Source: Nitrospirales bacterium (lineage in GTDB: Bacteria; Nitrospirota; Nitrospiria; Nitrospirales; UBA8639). Taken from it: 64,000 bases of DNA. This document shows positions 14,448-29,109 of the stretch, piece after piece. The translations under genes and the position numbers were made by a program. Below the pieces are notes generated by a model. The model searched no databases and was not told the origin of the DNA. It saw nothing but the letters and a program-made list of their open reading frames with translations. Location of the stretch: assembly GCA_965203295.1 (NCBI GenBank), contig CBDBCZ010000012.1, positions 32,001 to 96,000 on the forward strand, given 5' to 3'. The number at the start of each line of letters is the position of its first letter. Position 1 is the stretch's first letter.

Positions 14448-15778
14448 ACCAGCCGGAGCGCGCGAACGGCTGGTACTAAGATTGCTTTACGTTTTCCGCG
14501 TCTGTTTGTCTGTTTGTTTGTGCGTCCGCACTTATCACGTGCGCAATATATTACGTCATACGTTACTATACAACTGCAGTACAGCAGCGTTTGGAGGTTT
14601 GCAGGCCAAGCTACAGCAAGTTTTGTGTTGCCTAGATGGCGAAAACGTGGTAGATAGTCGTGAAGATCCTGGTTTCTTGGCATATAGCTACTAACTGGAG
14701 GCGCATGACGAAACTGCTGAGTCAGCACTTTCGCTGTACCGCTCTAGGAATATAGTTTCTCTGGCTCTACAGCTGTAGTTTAGCTTGGCTTAAGCTGAGT
14801 TGTGTGTATTGTAGCAGTCAGCACGATGCCGTCGGTAAAAGAGGTGTGTCACCTGTGTGCAAGAAGCCATGTATGCTTACATGGGTAAATTAATTAGTGG
14901 GTTTACACAACGATACATCAGACGTATGATTGCATGATGTTACGTAACTCGCCCTGCTGCAGCGTGTGGAAGCGCTGAAGTCTATTTTTTATCTTACCGT
15001 GTTTCTGAAGCAAAGGCAGATATCCGGTAGGCATTACACTGAGTTACTTAATGCAATCTCACGTGCATGTTGTGCAAGTTTCGCGGAAATCACTCACTTG
15101 GCTCCAAGTTTTCCCAAAAATCGAAAATGGACCAGAGACTAATTTCGCTGCCACCGTGGTGGTAAACGTGGACTCATCTCAGAAACGGTATGTAGTAGGG
15201 CAAATAAGTTTTTAAGACATGCGTACCTATAGTAGAGGAAAGCTCTGCCGTTTGCTGCTAGTTCACAGCTCGTACTTGGGCTGAGTTATGAGCGTGCAAA
15301 TCGTGGCACTTTTTTCGAAGTTTTAGCGCTTCATATTTGCAAGAATACTTGTACACAGGTAATGATAACTACATATATAGTAGAGAGGAAGGTAATATAG
15401 CTGTACAGGAAGAATAGCTCTGCTGAACCGCTTGGCTCCAAGTTTTCCCAAAATTCAAAGTTGGTAGGCGCGATAGTGGACGGCGATGTGGTGGTGGTCC
15501 AGGCATCATTTCGGGAGCACGGTGGCAACTGGTCACTCTGTCTTTGTAGACTTCAGCAAACCTGTTACAACATCTGCAACACTCAATCACAGAAACCAAA
15601 TACACTTTGAGATATAGCCGTGCAAAGTAGCTGCCCTTCCAACGCTTACAGCTACCATACATTACAATACGTCTGGTTAAACCGGAAGTGATCACGTAAT
15701 TATCGACGGCATCGTGCAGACTGGTAGGGGAAAGGCGTCCGGCTGGTTTTTTAGACATGAAATGTCAGACTTGTTTTC
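14446..15778 (+). mobile_element. DINE-1/HINE-like non-autonomous Helentron (family A)
   Basis: 5' TT-ACCAGCCGG with internal inverted copy CGGCTGGTA, a (GTTT/GTCT)n microsatellite, 3' subTIR CCGGCTGGT (15739-15747), stem-loop GACAT-GAA-ATGTC and a T-run. This is the canonical HINE layout. Confidence 0.8.
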
Positions 15779-16359
15779 TTGTCTATTAGCAAATACATTG
15801 ACTCCTCCCTACAGTGGAGAATATGACACTTCTCACTTGATATGCTACAAACCTACAACTGCACAGTCACTATAAGAGCGCAGCTAAATGAAGACCTGCA
15901 CGGAAAACTGCATAATGTGCATGGCATGGAGGGGATGGTGGTGTGTGTTATTGGCAAGGAATGGTAATCCGTGAAAGTTTTGCGGTACCTTGTTCGGTTA
16001 CTTTACGTTTTCATTTCTACCTGCTCTTTCATTTTTTAATTGTTTTTCTAAATCTATGCTCATTTCTGTGGAATATACTACGATCCAGTGATGTTGAACA
16101 CATTTTCTGTCTCTATTTGATAGTTTATGAAGAAGTCGAGCTCTGTGGACACCCCTCTAAATACATTGGCCATGCTGCAGACCAAGCAAAAGGCTTCACA
16201 GGCGGCCTACATAGTCCTCAGCGGAGGGTCTCAGTCCATGCTTGCGTAAGTGGCTACAGTAGCACTAGTAAACTGGTAGTGTAATGACATACTTCTTGCA
16301 TAACGATAAGTTCCACAAACTAGTAGATTTTACTGGTTGGGCACACACTTTGTACACAC

Positions 16360-18125
16360 CATAGATTAATAACCTACTACGTACCGGGATTGGAAACGGA
16401 ATCACGTGAGCGCATAAACCCTGTACATTTTGGCGGTGCCCATCCGTGCAGCGCTCTATGGTACGCCGCCTGGAACGAGAGATAGATGCAGAAGCGGCCC
16501 ACTGGTAGTTCTGAAGCGACACTTTGAAGATTTTATACATCCTATCAATACTGCACAGCCTAAGAGAGGTATATTTCTGCTTACTAGAATAATATTGTAA
16601 AATTTGGGTGCATAAAAACGGCATATTTTTTGTTCCATAGCAACCATTTTCTCATCCCGAATGTTTTGTGGGACAGTTTCTCTCATACCATGACACTTCT
16701 TAGGACTGAAATTTCAGATTTAGTTTGTCAAAGTAATGAAGTTTTGCATGCTGGGTATAAAAGTTTAATCTTGCTTGTGGTATAAGGTGTGTATACAATA
16801 TTTGTCTGTTAGTGGTGTTTCTTTTAGACAATTTTTGTGGGACAGTTGTATGCTTCACACTAACATTTAAGAATAGAAACTGTGCTACTGGGCATGGCCA
16901 GGTATTGAAGCTTTGCATGCTGTGAATGAATAAGAGTACTGCTTCCCTTGTGAGGTGTGCCTTGGTAATCATGACATGCATGCCCCTCACAAGTTCCTGC
17001 TTTATCATTTTCTTGTAGGATTCTTTCGATACATATGTATAGCTACCAGTTAAATGCAGTCAATATTTGTCATAGGCAAGATGGCAAATTTTTTTTTAGT
17101 TTGCAGCTGTCTTCTGCAGTCGGGAGAGTGCAGTTTGTCCTCTGTCTGGAATCAAGAAGCGTTCGCTCGTGGGGGGTTTCTACACTAGCCCTATAGTAAT
17201 TCCAATCGGTGCCACAGCTGGTGTCCTTTATAGAGAGAGAGGTTGTCCGCTGGTGGGAGGGTCCGTTATGGGAGGTTCCACTGTATATACTAGTCCAGGC
17301 ATGCACATCCTATAATGCACACCTATGCCTATATATGCATGGCCTACAGCATACCTTGATGGGAAGGAGAAAATTCAAACTCAGTGTACTACGTAAGAAC
17401 TAGTAATGTATTAATATGTTCCGAATTTCCTTCCAGTCAGCATTCGTCTGAGTCCATTTAGTCCACAGCTAGGCTCCTGACTACTAAATACTGAGTGTAG
17501 TTCACTTGAGGAGCCTAATTAGAGGTATTCTGAAAGGAAGCAACAAATGCAATCCCAGTAGGTTGGTCAATGGTAGAAGACGACAAATAATTTGAAGTAA
17601 GGCAGATAATGGCGAAGGTATTAGCCCAGGAAATGAAAACAGTAGGTGTAAAGAACTTCACTGTACATACATGTACTTACACTGTTACAGTACATGTACA
17701 TGCTCAAAAAAATCTCCTGGGAGTTAACGGGACAACTCTACTCCAACACCTACATGTATCCACATCGGTTTCCACTCTGTCAAGTATGACCATGGCATGA
17801 TCATGAGAGCCATTGACTGTTGATGGTGTATTCTACATACACAGAGTAATTATGAATCTACCAGCATTTATGTTATCATGTAAAAACAGCTGTTTGAACA
17901 CAGTGTAGCTACATGCATACAAGGTATTGATACAACACTTGCTGTTGCAGTTTGAATTGTCTGTGGTTGCAAAGATTGCCAGTAGCTTCTTCTGCCATAG
18001 CACTGATAACAGCTGAATACACGTTTCTATACGAGCGGCACGCGCGCAACACGGGGAGGGCGTTGCACGGATGGTGGCGTGAAATAATCGCGTTTCCAAT
18101 CCCGGTTACGTAGTTATTATCTATG
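16360..18125. mobile_element. Non-autonomous P-element-like TIR transposon
   Basis: Imperfect ~35-bp TIRs CATAGA..CCGGGATTGGAAACG / CGTTTCCAATCCCGG..TCTATG and a 7-bp TSD TACACAC. The empty site at ~35364-35370 has a single TACACAC. CA..TG ends with a 7-8 bp TSD fit the P superfamily. Confidence 0.8.
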
Positions 18126-20614
18126 TACACACCCAGTTAATAAAAATGAAACGTGGAAATCTGCAGCATTAAAATATTCCTATATATATACCTCAATGTC
18201 AAGATATTATTTTAGCATTGATGGATAAATGTATTCTTTCCTTTAGGCCAGATATAGCAAAGAAAAAGTAAGCAAGTGCAATGGCAAAATTATTAGGAAA
18301 CTGAACTGGCAATTGTTGTAATGTCTTCATGTGCACATCATTACATGTATTATACATGTTTGTCACCGAGTGTACAATTCTCTCTTTTATTATAATGATC
18401 ACAAATTATGGATTGTAGTAGTAATTATTAGCCGTGTGAGTGTATAGTAAGTATGCCTATAATTAACTAGGTAGGAAGGTTCCTGTGACCTACGTAGTGG
18501 GGAGGTTAGAATTAAGGCTTTCATCATGATTGGAAAAAGCCTTTTTTTTCAGAGTATGAAAATATGAAAATGATCAAACAACAATTGAGTAATCCCATTG
18601 GAAGTATAGTCTACTTCATCGGGCAATAGACTTTCTGAAGCGTTTTTGTAGAAAATATAGATTTTACGCAAAATTTAAAGTTGCGGGGCATGTAAACGTC
18701 CTTTTAACACTAACCCCGACCCTAACCCCTAACAATACAATGTTGGTAAACCTGGACAGCTTAGCTAGATCGTCCCTATTTATACGTACTGACGCGCTAC
18801 ATAAGCTTACGTTGCAGTTAGACAAGTGATTACAAGTCCGGGTGCTGAACTTCAGTAGGTTACAGTTAGAGTGCCTCGGCAACTCATTGAGGTTCAGCAC
18901 CCGAATGTGGGTGCAAAACATTGCAAACCATGGACAATACATACTATGTATTGTCCATGTTGCAAACTGTGTGCTGCTTTTTAGGCATGCATGTACGTGT
19001 CATAAAATTGTATTGTGAAATAAAATAAAAAAGGGGGGCCACACCCCTTTGCATCCCACCTAGCCCTAGTCTGGATCAGACCCTCCACTAACCTAGCCCA
19101 TGGCATCCCCCCACTGACAGTAAAAGGCCCGAGGGCCGTACTGCCAGAGGGTTGGGTGGAGCATCACCTCCGCCAGCCAAACTGGCCAGGGATTCCTCCC
19201 AAGGGACTATCAGGAACTGAGGCCACATGCCCCGGTTCGGTCTCCCATCAGGAAGGACTCCGGTTATTTGAGGAAGGATCAAGGGAGGAACCCGGACGGA
19301 TCCTAGGCCGTGTCGTCCGAGACCACGGTGGAAGTTTTCCTTCCACTCTTACCAACCTCAAGCGGGCTTCCCGAAAGAAGCGACCAGACCTTTTGCGCAC
19401 CCCGAAGGGTACTGGGTCTAGTCACCGGCTGACAGCCAATAAATGGCTGCACCAGAGAAGCCAACTCGGCCGTACTCTAGTGTCTTCCCAAACACACTTT
19501 GCATGTACTCAGAGCGATGAACTCTGCGCCGGAGGTGACCGAAGTGCAAGGGTGCAGGGCCGCCTTTTATACTCCCCACTAAGGCAACTTGATTATGGGT
19601 TTCGCTTGTACTATACGCTGCGGCATTGCAGCGGCAGCAACTGATTGGTCGGCAGCTGTGTTTCTGAGGATAATAGCATTATCTATGATAATAGATAATT
19701 TGGCGCCCCTCACGCAATCGCAGGTGCGCGCATGACTACGCATTGCATATTGCATATTGACGAACGTGGGGGCGGGGCACCTGGAGTGTTTCCGGAAAAT
19801 TGGTATGATAATATAACTAACTGGAAGCATTCCTTCAAAGATTCATGAAGAAATGTTATGTTCTTTGAAACTTCAGTAAACTCTTCAATCAAGAGATTTT
19901 TTTCTACAGCTTAAGTTTTTTGCTTTACATGTAGTACGAGCGGCTACGCTTATTACAGAGCGCTAGCGCTGTGATCATCATGCACGTGCGTTTTAAGTAA
20001 CACTGCACTTACAATAACATCAATCATTGTGCTTGAATTTCCGGGGCGTTTGTGCTCGTTGTGAGCGTTTCTGACAAGATGTATGCACTGCATTTTATGA
20101 CCTTTATGATTATGTTAAATCATTGTAGTATTTGAATTTCGGGAATGTTTCTGGTCATTGTAAGCGTTTTTGACAACATAGACACTCTGTCTACATTTTC
20201 AATATCTTTATATGCTTAATCATTGTGTTTGAATTTGGGGAGATATTCTATTCATTGTTAGTCTTGAGTTTTAGTATTAAGGCCGTGTTTCTCGACTTCA
20301 GTTACTGTCTGTCTGTTAGTTACCCTTTACATGCTAAATCATTGTGTTTAAATTTTGAGAGTGTTTCTACTCTTTGTAAGCGTTTCTGACAAGACACATG
20401 CACCAGATTTTCAATGCTACGTCATTGTTTTTGAATTTATGAATGCTAAGGTGGTTCCAAAACTAATGCTATAGCAACACCTGTACAGCAAGTAGCTATA
20501 CATTACAATTACAAAAGAATGTGTACAGTGCATTTACATTTTAACTAAAGTGTTTCAAACTAAAGATACAAAAGGACTATATAAGCCGGGTGGCAGGTAA
20601 ATAAATGGTACAAA

Positions 20615-22136
20615 CTAACATTTGTCAATATCACTGATGGTGCCAAGTAGTGTTTTGTTGAACTTTGTCCCAGTTGTTATTCCAAGCAGGAAGCGCTCCA
20701 AAAAAAAAAAGTGTGTTCATCATACATGGTGTGGGATAGGCAATGTCGAAAACATAATACACTGCTATAAGGGCAACAATGGCCTTGTACAGCGAAGGCA
20801 ACTCAGCCAACAGTTCTTTCTCCGCGACAAGGAAGAACTGCATGTCACCACTGCCAAACTGAATCAGGTACGGTGTTGAAATGCCACCTGATATCTTGGC
20901 ATCGAGATCTTCACCATCCTGGTTAAAGGAGAATTAAAAGCAACACATAATGAAAGTAATTCGAACAAAGAAACTCAAGCCACGCATATACATTGCGAGA
21001 GGGCACAGTAAAGATTTGGGGTCATTTACTTATCTTTACTCAGTTCAGAGAGAGCTAATTATTAAAACTCTGAATAGATGTACACTGGTAGTTTGACAAA
21101 TACACAACATGTTTTCTTGTATATCTATTGCTTAACTTTCAGATAACTAATACACAACATTCCAAGGCTCAAAAACACAGATAATCCATTTCATTACGCT
21201 TACTTCAAGTTCTGTCAGTAAGTGAACACTGGCATCCTTATTTCTCTTGTCGAGAGTACAAGTGTATGGATAAAACTGCTAACTAACATCAGCAGCTTCT
21301 TCATTCCCATCCAGCAAATGAAGCTGCGTCTGAATAGCTGCACTTCTTTTACTCTTTGCATACGTTATGACTTTTGGTGCCCACTTGATCCACTCAGCCG
21401 CCAATTTATCTTCGGGATCACCACGGAGACCAGTGATCTGGATGAAGTCATTGATGAGCTGTATAAAGGAATATACAAATGAATTTTTAGGTGGATTTAT
21501 TTTATTTTGTAACATATTAGGCATCAATGCTAAGGGTATAGCCTTGTTCCACGGCTCAACTTATTATATTAACTTATTCTCACATAGCACACGACCATAG
21601 CCAGGGTGTAGGCCTGGGGCATCTCGAAAATGATAACCGTACACTCCCTATCATAGTTTCATTTTTGTTCTGTTTTGTTTTTTTGGGGGGGGGGGGGGGG
21701 GGGGGGGGGTTCAGGTTGTGAAAATAAAAATTGTAGTTGCAGGAGCAAGTTCTGCTGCATTCACGTTATTTCAGCATGGCCAGTTACGACAGACTGCTAG
21801 CTTGTTTGGAGAAATACTGTCTTTATAGAGCTAGTTTGTTCACAGAAATCCCGTAGGTACTATTTAGAATGGTCACACAGCATGGGGGGGAGAGAAACAG
21901 AAACACTTAGTGACAAATGGGGTTACCTGTGAACTTATTGGGTATTTGCAGCGATTGAAAATCTTCGCAGATATTCCCTGTACAATCTCATTCCGGGTCA
22001 AGCTGTTCAGCTGTTTCTCCTTTAGCGCCAGCATTGTCCTCTCAGAGTACCGAGTGGGAATCTCAAATGTGACTTTCCAGAGCACTTGCTGGTCACACAC
22101 ATTTGTTGCCACCTCCCAAAAAATGCCCCAAAACAA
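20615..22136 (-). pseudogene. Decayed SAMD3-like / CMC-transposon-associated gene; last exon duplicated at 33456-33760
   Basis: Exons ending at 21927 (FEIPTRYSERTMLALKEKQLNSLTRNEIVQGISAKIFNRCKYP), 21458-21288 (LINDFIQITG..EWIKWAPKVITYAK) and 20918-20615 (..AIVALIAVYYVFDIAYP..ERFLLGI). The YYVFxIxYP..FLLGI motif is typical of SAMD3-like proteins. Frameshifts are present. Confidence 0.6.
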
Positions 22137-25100
22137 GTTATAGAAAAAGCAGGTAGGGATGGTAGCTACGCATTGCGCTGTGATGTGCGGGTGTATGTGT
22201 GTGCATTGCTGCTTGTTTCATTGGTTTTTGGGGAAGCGTTTTTTGGTGGAAGTGCATCCCTACATGACTAGTTTTTGCACTTTTTGGCAAAGTGCTAGCA
22301 AATGCAGGGCAATGTAGGGGGAGTCTGAGTGACAAGTAGCTACAATGACCGTTACAGTATAATTGTTGCAGTAGCATCATTGCATCTGGATCCCACATTA
22401 AAGAAACGATCTCAGCCTGGTATAATCATAGATGTGCAGTGATACCAATAGACTGATATGCACGTGATAATAATCAATACATGAACAAATAACTCCAAAG
22501 CTTCGACGTTGACTTGCTTGGTACATATATTTATAGCACAGTGTACACATGCTGTTGAACAGTCCTCAGATCACAGTAACTGCAAGGACATTAGTTCACT
22601 CATCAATGTGAGTATACGTGACATACCTTTACACTTCCCCAAAAAACAACAAAACAAGCACCAGAAGGCATGCACAGACTACGCACATATCACAGTGCGA
22701 TGCATTTACCGCATACCTACCATCCCTACATCTTTCCAACCACACCCACCACAAACCGTACCACACCCCCTTACACAGCACCCTTCAACACACACCACCA
22801 TCCACAATCATCACCACCACTCACCATCCCACAACCACCCTCACACCTCATCCACAACGATTACATACTTCACAAAACACAACACCCCACACTACAAACT
22901 AACCCAGACCTCCACAGCACCACTGTACTCAGCTAAACCTCGCATCAAGCCCTTCTGCCTAAATTTAATAGCTGAGTACGAGGCTAATAGAAATCACTAG
23001 TAAGCAAGATGTATACCTCAAAGTACTTCACAGTGTTCGAAGTTGACACCATGGGAATGAATATCCAGCCTGGGGAAGTACAGCAAGCACACAAGCAAAA
23101 GCAAGTAAGGGGCAGGTAGTTAACAGGATGCTCGCAAGTACATAATCCGAAAACATACCCACCCACATAAATGCGATATAATACTAATCTAAATATGGTC
23201 AGAGAAATTACGTCTCCGGTTAGTTCAAGAATAGGACAGTATTGGATACAAATGCTACTCCTCGGACAGTTGCAAGTTAAGTTAGTAGTTGCCAACTCTG
23301 ACTTAGCATACAGAATTGTATGACAAGAGTGTAGTATACCAGCACATACTTTCCGGGACCAACAGCTCCAAGTTCTCCTAGACACCTCCCAAACTCTTCT
23401 CTAAGCTCAATACTAGTGGCTCGCAGACCTTTAGAAACTGAGGACAAAGCAGCAATTTTAAAAACAAAACGTTGAGTATGGACTATGTCAGATAGACATA
23501 ATTTCACTTCTTCATGGAGCGAAATCAACTTACTCTTGTTACAATCTCTGTAATGATTGGATCAACGGTGTCACTTCCTACCATGCACTTCTCCAACTCT
23601 GCCTGTATGAACTGAACAGAAATTGTTTTAAAGCTTACATGAACATGCACTGTATGTACAGTTCATATATTGATAATAATACAAATAACTAAATACTGCA
23701 CTAACTCGATTGGATCTCAACAGTCTGTGTGGTGCTTTCAATGCGTCCATTCTCACGTCAGAACGCCCATGGCATGCCCCTCTTAGGACATGTTGTAGTT
23801 GCTGGTGAAGGCTGGAAAAGGATAGTAGCAACTATATAGGTTAATGCACGACGTAAGTCCAGCCAACTCATTCAGCGCATGCTCCTACAATATTATGGGT
23901 TCTAGTGCAAATAGTAGTAGTGGTATATATCAACAGCAGCTTACTAAGCTCCATTACACTGTTCCTTCTAGCTTCCACGTACAAACCTCCAATTAGAATT
24001 GATGTATAATTAACAGCTGTACAAACCAAGTGAATGCAAAGCATTGCGTAGCCTCGTCAAAGTTTCAAAAGTTGAATTGGATCATGGATATGTCATATGT
24101 GAACTGAAATGTTGTATTGAATCATGGATCCAAACAATATGTAGCATGTGGGCCGCACGCATGCATAAACATATGTACACACACATATGTACACACGTAT
24201 GTATGCACTGAGAAATTCTCAATTGAACACACTAGTGTGAATAACAATCCATGACCTCATTTCCTGCTTCTACCTATGACATCCCATTCACATGAACACT
24301 TCTGTCCCGGAACAAGATACCTTTTTGATGTATGCGAGTGTTTCCTAAGCTCAGTGTTGATGCAAGCAAGAGACAGCACATCTGGCATGAAGTAGATCTC
24401 ATCAAAGAAAGACCCAAGAACCTCTCTGAAAAAATTAAAACAGCAAATACTGAAACACATACATGGCATTTTATCTAGTGCTATTTTTGGTGAAGTTCCT
24501 CGAATATCAAGTACTCACTTGTTCTGAATTATAAGAAAATCAAAGATTTTTGATACAGTTGCTGAGTGGTGATCAGCAAAAGGAGAGAGTGTAACCACTA
24601 TCTGACCAAACAAGGGACCCAAGGATTCCAGGTCCACACTAGAGGGAAACAAAGAACACCATACTCTTAAAATCATGACGTTATTGTACTTTACGTATAA
24701 AGATTACATAGTCATGTGTGGTATAGTAACAGCGTCATCGCGCCACGGGGAATCCTTTTTGGAATAGTTCCCATCCTTCTATAGGGGAATTATGGGGTAT
24801 GCCCCACAGCAAATTATTACAAAACAACTGGCCAAAGATTGAATCTGGTGGGTTTTGGTAGCTTAGCCGACTACCACGAGTTTGTGTCCAAACCACAGCA
24901 CAGTAACATGTGTCAGCACAGCTAAAACTAAAAGTATTTATGTAGGTGTTGCGAGTACAATTGATCAGGTGCCATTGTACCTTGTTTTAATGCAGCATAA
25001 TTTTTCAAACTCTTAAGGGCTATGAAGGGAAGTCAGCCCCACCCCCCATCCCCCCCCATGTATGAAACCATGCTAATAATTGGCACATTCGTCAAGTCAT

Positions 25101-25989
25101 GTTCAGTGGTAACCGGATGTCTACAAAAGAGACTAGTGATTCCATTTAAAAGTAGTAGAAATAAGTAATTCTTAGCCACACAGAACTATACAGAGAACTC
25201 ACTGCACTTGAACTCGACTTTAGCATCTCAAGGGTAGGTAGCAAGTCTGCCAGATCTGCTACCTACCCTTGAGAAGCTACCTTCTCAGCTGATTTTGAGT
25301 GTTATTTCAGCTGAGGAGTTGAGTGAAACACCCAAGGATCAAACAGCTTTACAAACAGGACAGGGCAAACTAATGCAACTGCAGACTAAATGTACATGTA
25401 CATATAACAGGCTAAGGCTGAGATTTGTTGTACACTTGCAGTTAACAGCTGTAACCTACTAAAACAGGATTAGCATGGCTGTCTAGGACTAAACTTGCTG
25501 TAGTTTGGTCTACAAACCTTTCAAAACTACTGGTAGACTACGTACATGCACAGTTGCATAGAATGTGTGTTAAGTGCGGAAATACAGACACCAAACAGAC
25601 AGACAGACAAAAAAATGCAGAAAACTTGAAGGCATCATACGCTTTGAATGCACCCAGCTGGTAAAAAGCACTACAACTTGAAACAACAAAGAGAGGACAG
25701 TATGAATTAGTTCTGCTATACAGTGGTCTAGGCACACGATACTAGATGTAGAAAGAAATGTACAGAAATACATGTACATTTATGTAGGAAGCCTTGCGAA
25801 TAGTTGTGATACAGGGATCTCAATCCTTCGTATTGTAAGTCTGAATATTATTGAGAAGTTGAAAATATTTCCGAAAAAGAGCTTCCAGAAATTGAAACTT
25901 CCTTGAACTAGCAGCGACTAACCACACAAGACAGCCACTCAGTGCATTGCAAAAACAATATCCCCATGAGGTAATTGTCAATGAGACCT

Positions 25990-27400
25990 GTTGTGAAGCT
26001 TCGTGTGAAGTTGGCATTCTGAACTTCATATACAATCCACTCATAAAGCTATAAGCATTCATGAGCCTTCATGAAGCTCATGTAGACACATGCAATTGAG
26101 TGCAATGTATACCATCCTTCGAGAAATATGTATGTGTACACATCTCTGAAGTTCATGTACACATAGAGTAAGTTACTGATGATCAGACACGCTAGCGCTG
26201 AGCATGTAAACTATCGGAAGTGGGCTGAGCACTCACTTGACAGTACAGAACCTTCGCACTTCAAGTTGAAATTTTGGTGTTCCTTCGTTGTTTGCCTTCC
26301 AAAGTTTGAATTCTGACAAAGCTATGATCAGACAAATGTATGTATTATTGGACTTCGTTCCATGTTTCCTCCCTGAAGTAACTTCCAGTGACCTTTCTTT
26401 ATATATTGGGAAGCCCCACTACTATGCTGCTGCACGCCAACCTTTCGCCATCGTAGCTGCTTTGAGCACTGAGGGGTGCTGCTGAATGTAGAGACGTACG
26501 TGTCACTCTCTCCACTATCGGACAGTGAATTTGTTTCTTTTTCAGTGTAGAGACCCCACAACACTCTCTAATGTTAGGATGGGAATGTACAGACACTTAA
26601 CAACACAAAAGTTCAAGTCTGTTGTTTATACGTTGTGTCCTTCCTGAGATAGAACTGTTTTATCTGATTTCATCCACTAAAAGCCTTAATTCAGCATCAT
26701 AAGTTTTAAAATAAATGACTCTATCTCTCTCTATCTCGAGAACCATGCAATGTATAAACATCGGGCTTGCACTGTTGTGATGCTAAGCACCTGTATTTAA
26801 CAACAATATCCAATTCCTTAGTGTTATAGAGTGTTTTTGGGTCTCTATACCAAATAAAGACGAAATTCTCTGTCCGACTACAGAGGGGGTGATACGGCTC
26901 TACATTCAGCAGCACCCCTCCCTGCTCAAAGCAGATACCATGGTGAAGAGTTGGCATGCAGCAGTATGGTAGTGGGGCTTCCAAATAAGGAAGGAAGGTC
27001 ACGCGAAGTTACTTTAGGGAAGAAACATGGAACGGAGTCCAACAATACATACATTTATCTGATCATAGCTTTGTCAGAATTTAAACCTTGGAAGGTTATA
27101 GCTCCAGAACCAAGCAAGACGGAACACCAAACTTTCAATCAAAATGTGAACGGTCTGTACTAGCGATCGAAGCCTCTGCTCACTTCCGGAAATTTATGGA
27201 TTCTCAGTGCTAGCGCGTCTGAGTGTACATGTACCTGGTGTTATTAACTCTATTATGCCAACTGCTTTGGACTGAAGCTTCACGTACGTGGATATAGCTA
27301 CATGTATCCTTTGTGAAGTTTCATGAAAGTTCACAAGAGAATATTTGCAATGAGAGTGGTTTTATGAAACGTTGTGAACAGTTTCGTGCAGCTCTCACAA
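25990..27400. mobile_element. Old foldback element with ~600-bp degenerate inverted arms
   Basis: For example, GAATTCTGACAAAGCTATGATCAGACAAATGTATGTATT (~26310) pairs with AATACATACATTTATCTGATCATAGCTTTGTCAGAATT (~27045). Similar mirrored ORF peptides lie at 26399(-) and 26951(+). Confidence 0.75.
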
Positions 27401-27919
27401 ATAATATTTGCTATGAAAGATATTTCTTCAGACTCTGACCTACGCCACTTCCACTGGTGGCACAGTAAAGACAATGCCAACTCACCATCTGCTTCTCACT
27501 GTCCATTTGCAGTGGTTTCTCCTCTCCAGCCAACTGGTTCATCTCTGCAAGCATCTTTATCCCAGCCAGTACTCTCTCCCTGTGAGTGCTCAAGTGGAGT
27601 AGTAGGAGATTGAGGATATTTTTCATATTTGATCGAAGCAGAGTGGTCATCTCAAAGTCTCCCTCAGACTGAAAGTGCAAAGTGGATGTCAAAAACATGT
27701 TACAAATTAACTTTCCCCTTTTCTGTATTCACATCATGCACAATACAGAGCTCTAGCTGTTATTAATACACCCTGGTTTTATTTATATAACTGGTAATCA
27801 AATGACTATACACGTACATGTATGTATACCCACATAAACATATACACACATCTGCAACACCTTCAAATCTGGATGCAATGTTGAGATCTTTCTGCTGCCC
27901 ATTACGACAATGGTCACAG

Positions 27920-28090
27920 CTCCACAAAATGCTCACAACTCCAGAAATTGCTCACAACACTGGATATTGCTCATAACCCCTAAAAGTACTCACAACACTG
28001 GATATTGCTCACAACTATATCAGAAAATGCTCACAACTCCAGAAAATGCTCACAACTATCAGAAAATGCTCACAACACTGGATAATGGTC
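27920..28090. repeat. ~20-bp minisatellite (AAAATGCTCACAACTCCAG-like)
   Basis: Multiple GCTCACAAC units. Confidence 0.75.
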
Positions 28091-28219
28091 ACATAGAAAT
28101 CACCAAACAATAGCAAGCTTATAATACAGAAATCATATAAGACAGAAATACGTATTATATACATAATTATCTATTGTTATCCAGGGCAACTGGAGTCAAT
28201 ATATAAGGAAGCTGATGAA

Positions 28220-28450
28220 TGTCTTGCAAGGTTCTTGCACCAGATCTTGCAGGATTTTTCTATGAGTCACGCAAATTTTAACACAAGATTCTAACACCTT
28301 GCAAGATTTTTGTTGCATGATGAGAAGTTTTGCAAGGGCTTGCAAGAAATAAAATGCAAGATCATGCAAGAGGCCAAAATCCTTGTGAGTCCTGCTTAGG
28401 CAAGAAGTCTGCTAGATAACTTACAAAATTCTGCAAGACCTTGCAAGGAA
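28220..28450. repeat. Cluster of CTTGCAAG motifs (subterminal-repeat-like), duplicated at 33840-34090
   Basis: About a dozen (T)TGCAAG/CTTGCA motifs. Confidence 0.65.
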
Positions 28451-29109
28451 ATTCTGCATTTCCCAACATGAGGATTCTACACAAGCATCTGATAAAATGG
28501 TTCTTTTTTGTCTGCCATCAAAATAAAACCCTTCTTCTGATGTAGTACCTCCACAAGAAACTGCAAAACATGTACCAAGATTCCCAGTTAAGGTCATATC
28601 CAATAGCAGACAAGGCCTACAAGTTAATGTACCTGACAAACATTGTCCTCTAACAGGGACAGCATCTTCCCAGGGGTTAGTGTATGAGCTTTTGCTATTC
28701 TGGGAACCTGTGAAGAAAATAGCTATAAATAATACACTTGACATTTAAATGATATATACCTACAAATAGTTTACAATCTGACAGCAACTGTACATATTTA
28801 CAGTTTTTGAAGGAATTAATCACCTTTTTAATACATTCTGTGTTAGTGTATATATATGGACAATCATGTACAGGTGTTTTACACAGTAAGTTAGACACAC
28901 GTACATGCCCATACACACAACATCGCATACGAAGAGAAGGGAGAGAAAATTTTCTGTGTTGTATGATGAACTTACGTAGACGCATTTGAATTTGGGAGCG
29001 TCTCATCTTTTCAGAGCTTCTGATAAGAGACATAACCAGCATACTTCCAATACTTGTTTCATATTCTAATATTTGAGTTTCAATTTCGGGAATGATTGTA
29101 CCTCTTATA

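Larger units (their letters stand above)
12044..15781 (+). mobile_element. Composite non-autonomous Helentron-family insertion
   Basis: An empty site AAAAATTATCTATTAGCAAAT is present at 34785-34805. The 5' hairpin and first ~450 bp resemble 47941-48410. The 3' end is supplied by the HINE at 14446-15778. No TSD. Confidence 0.8.

Noticed and set aside
19156..19644. 162-aa GC-rich ORF as a gene
   Set aside because: No recognisable motif, and the duplicate at 36210-36700 has frame-breaking indels.
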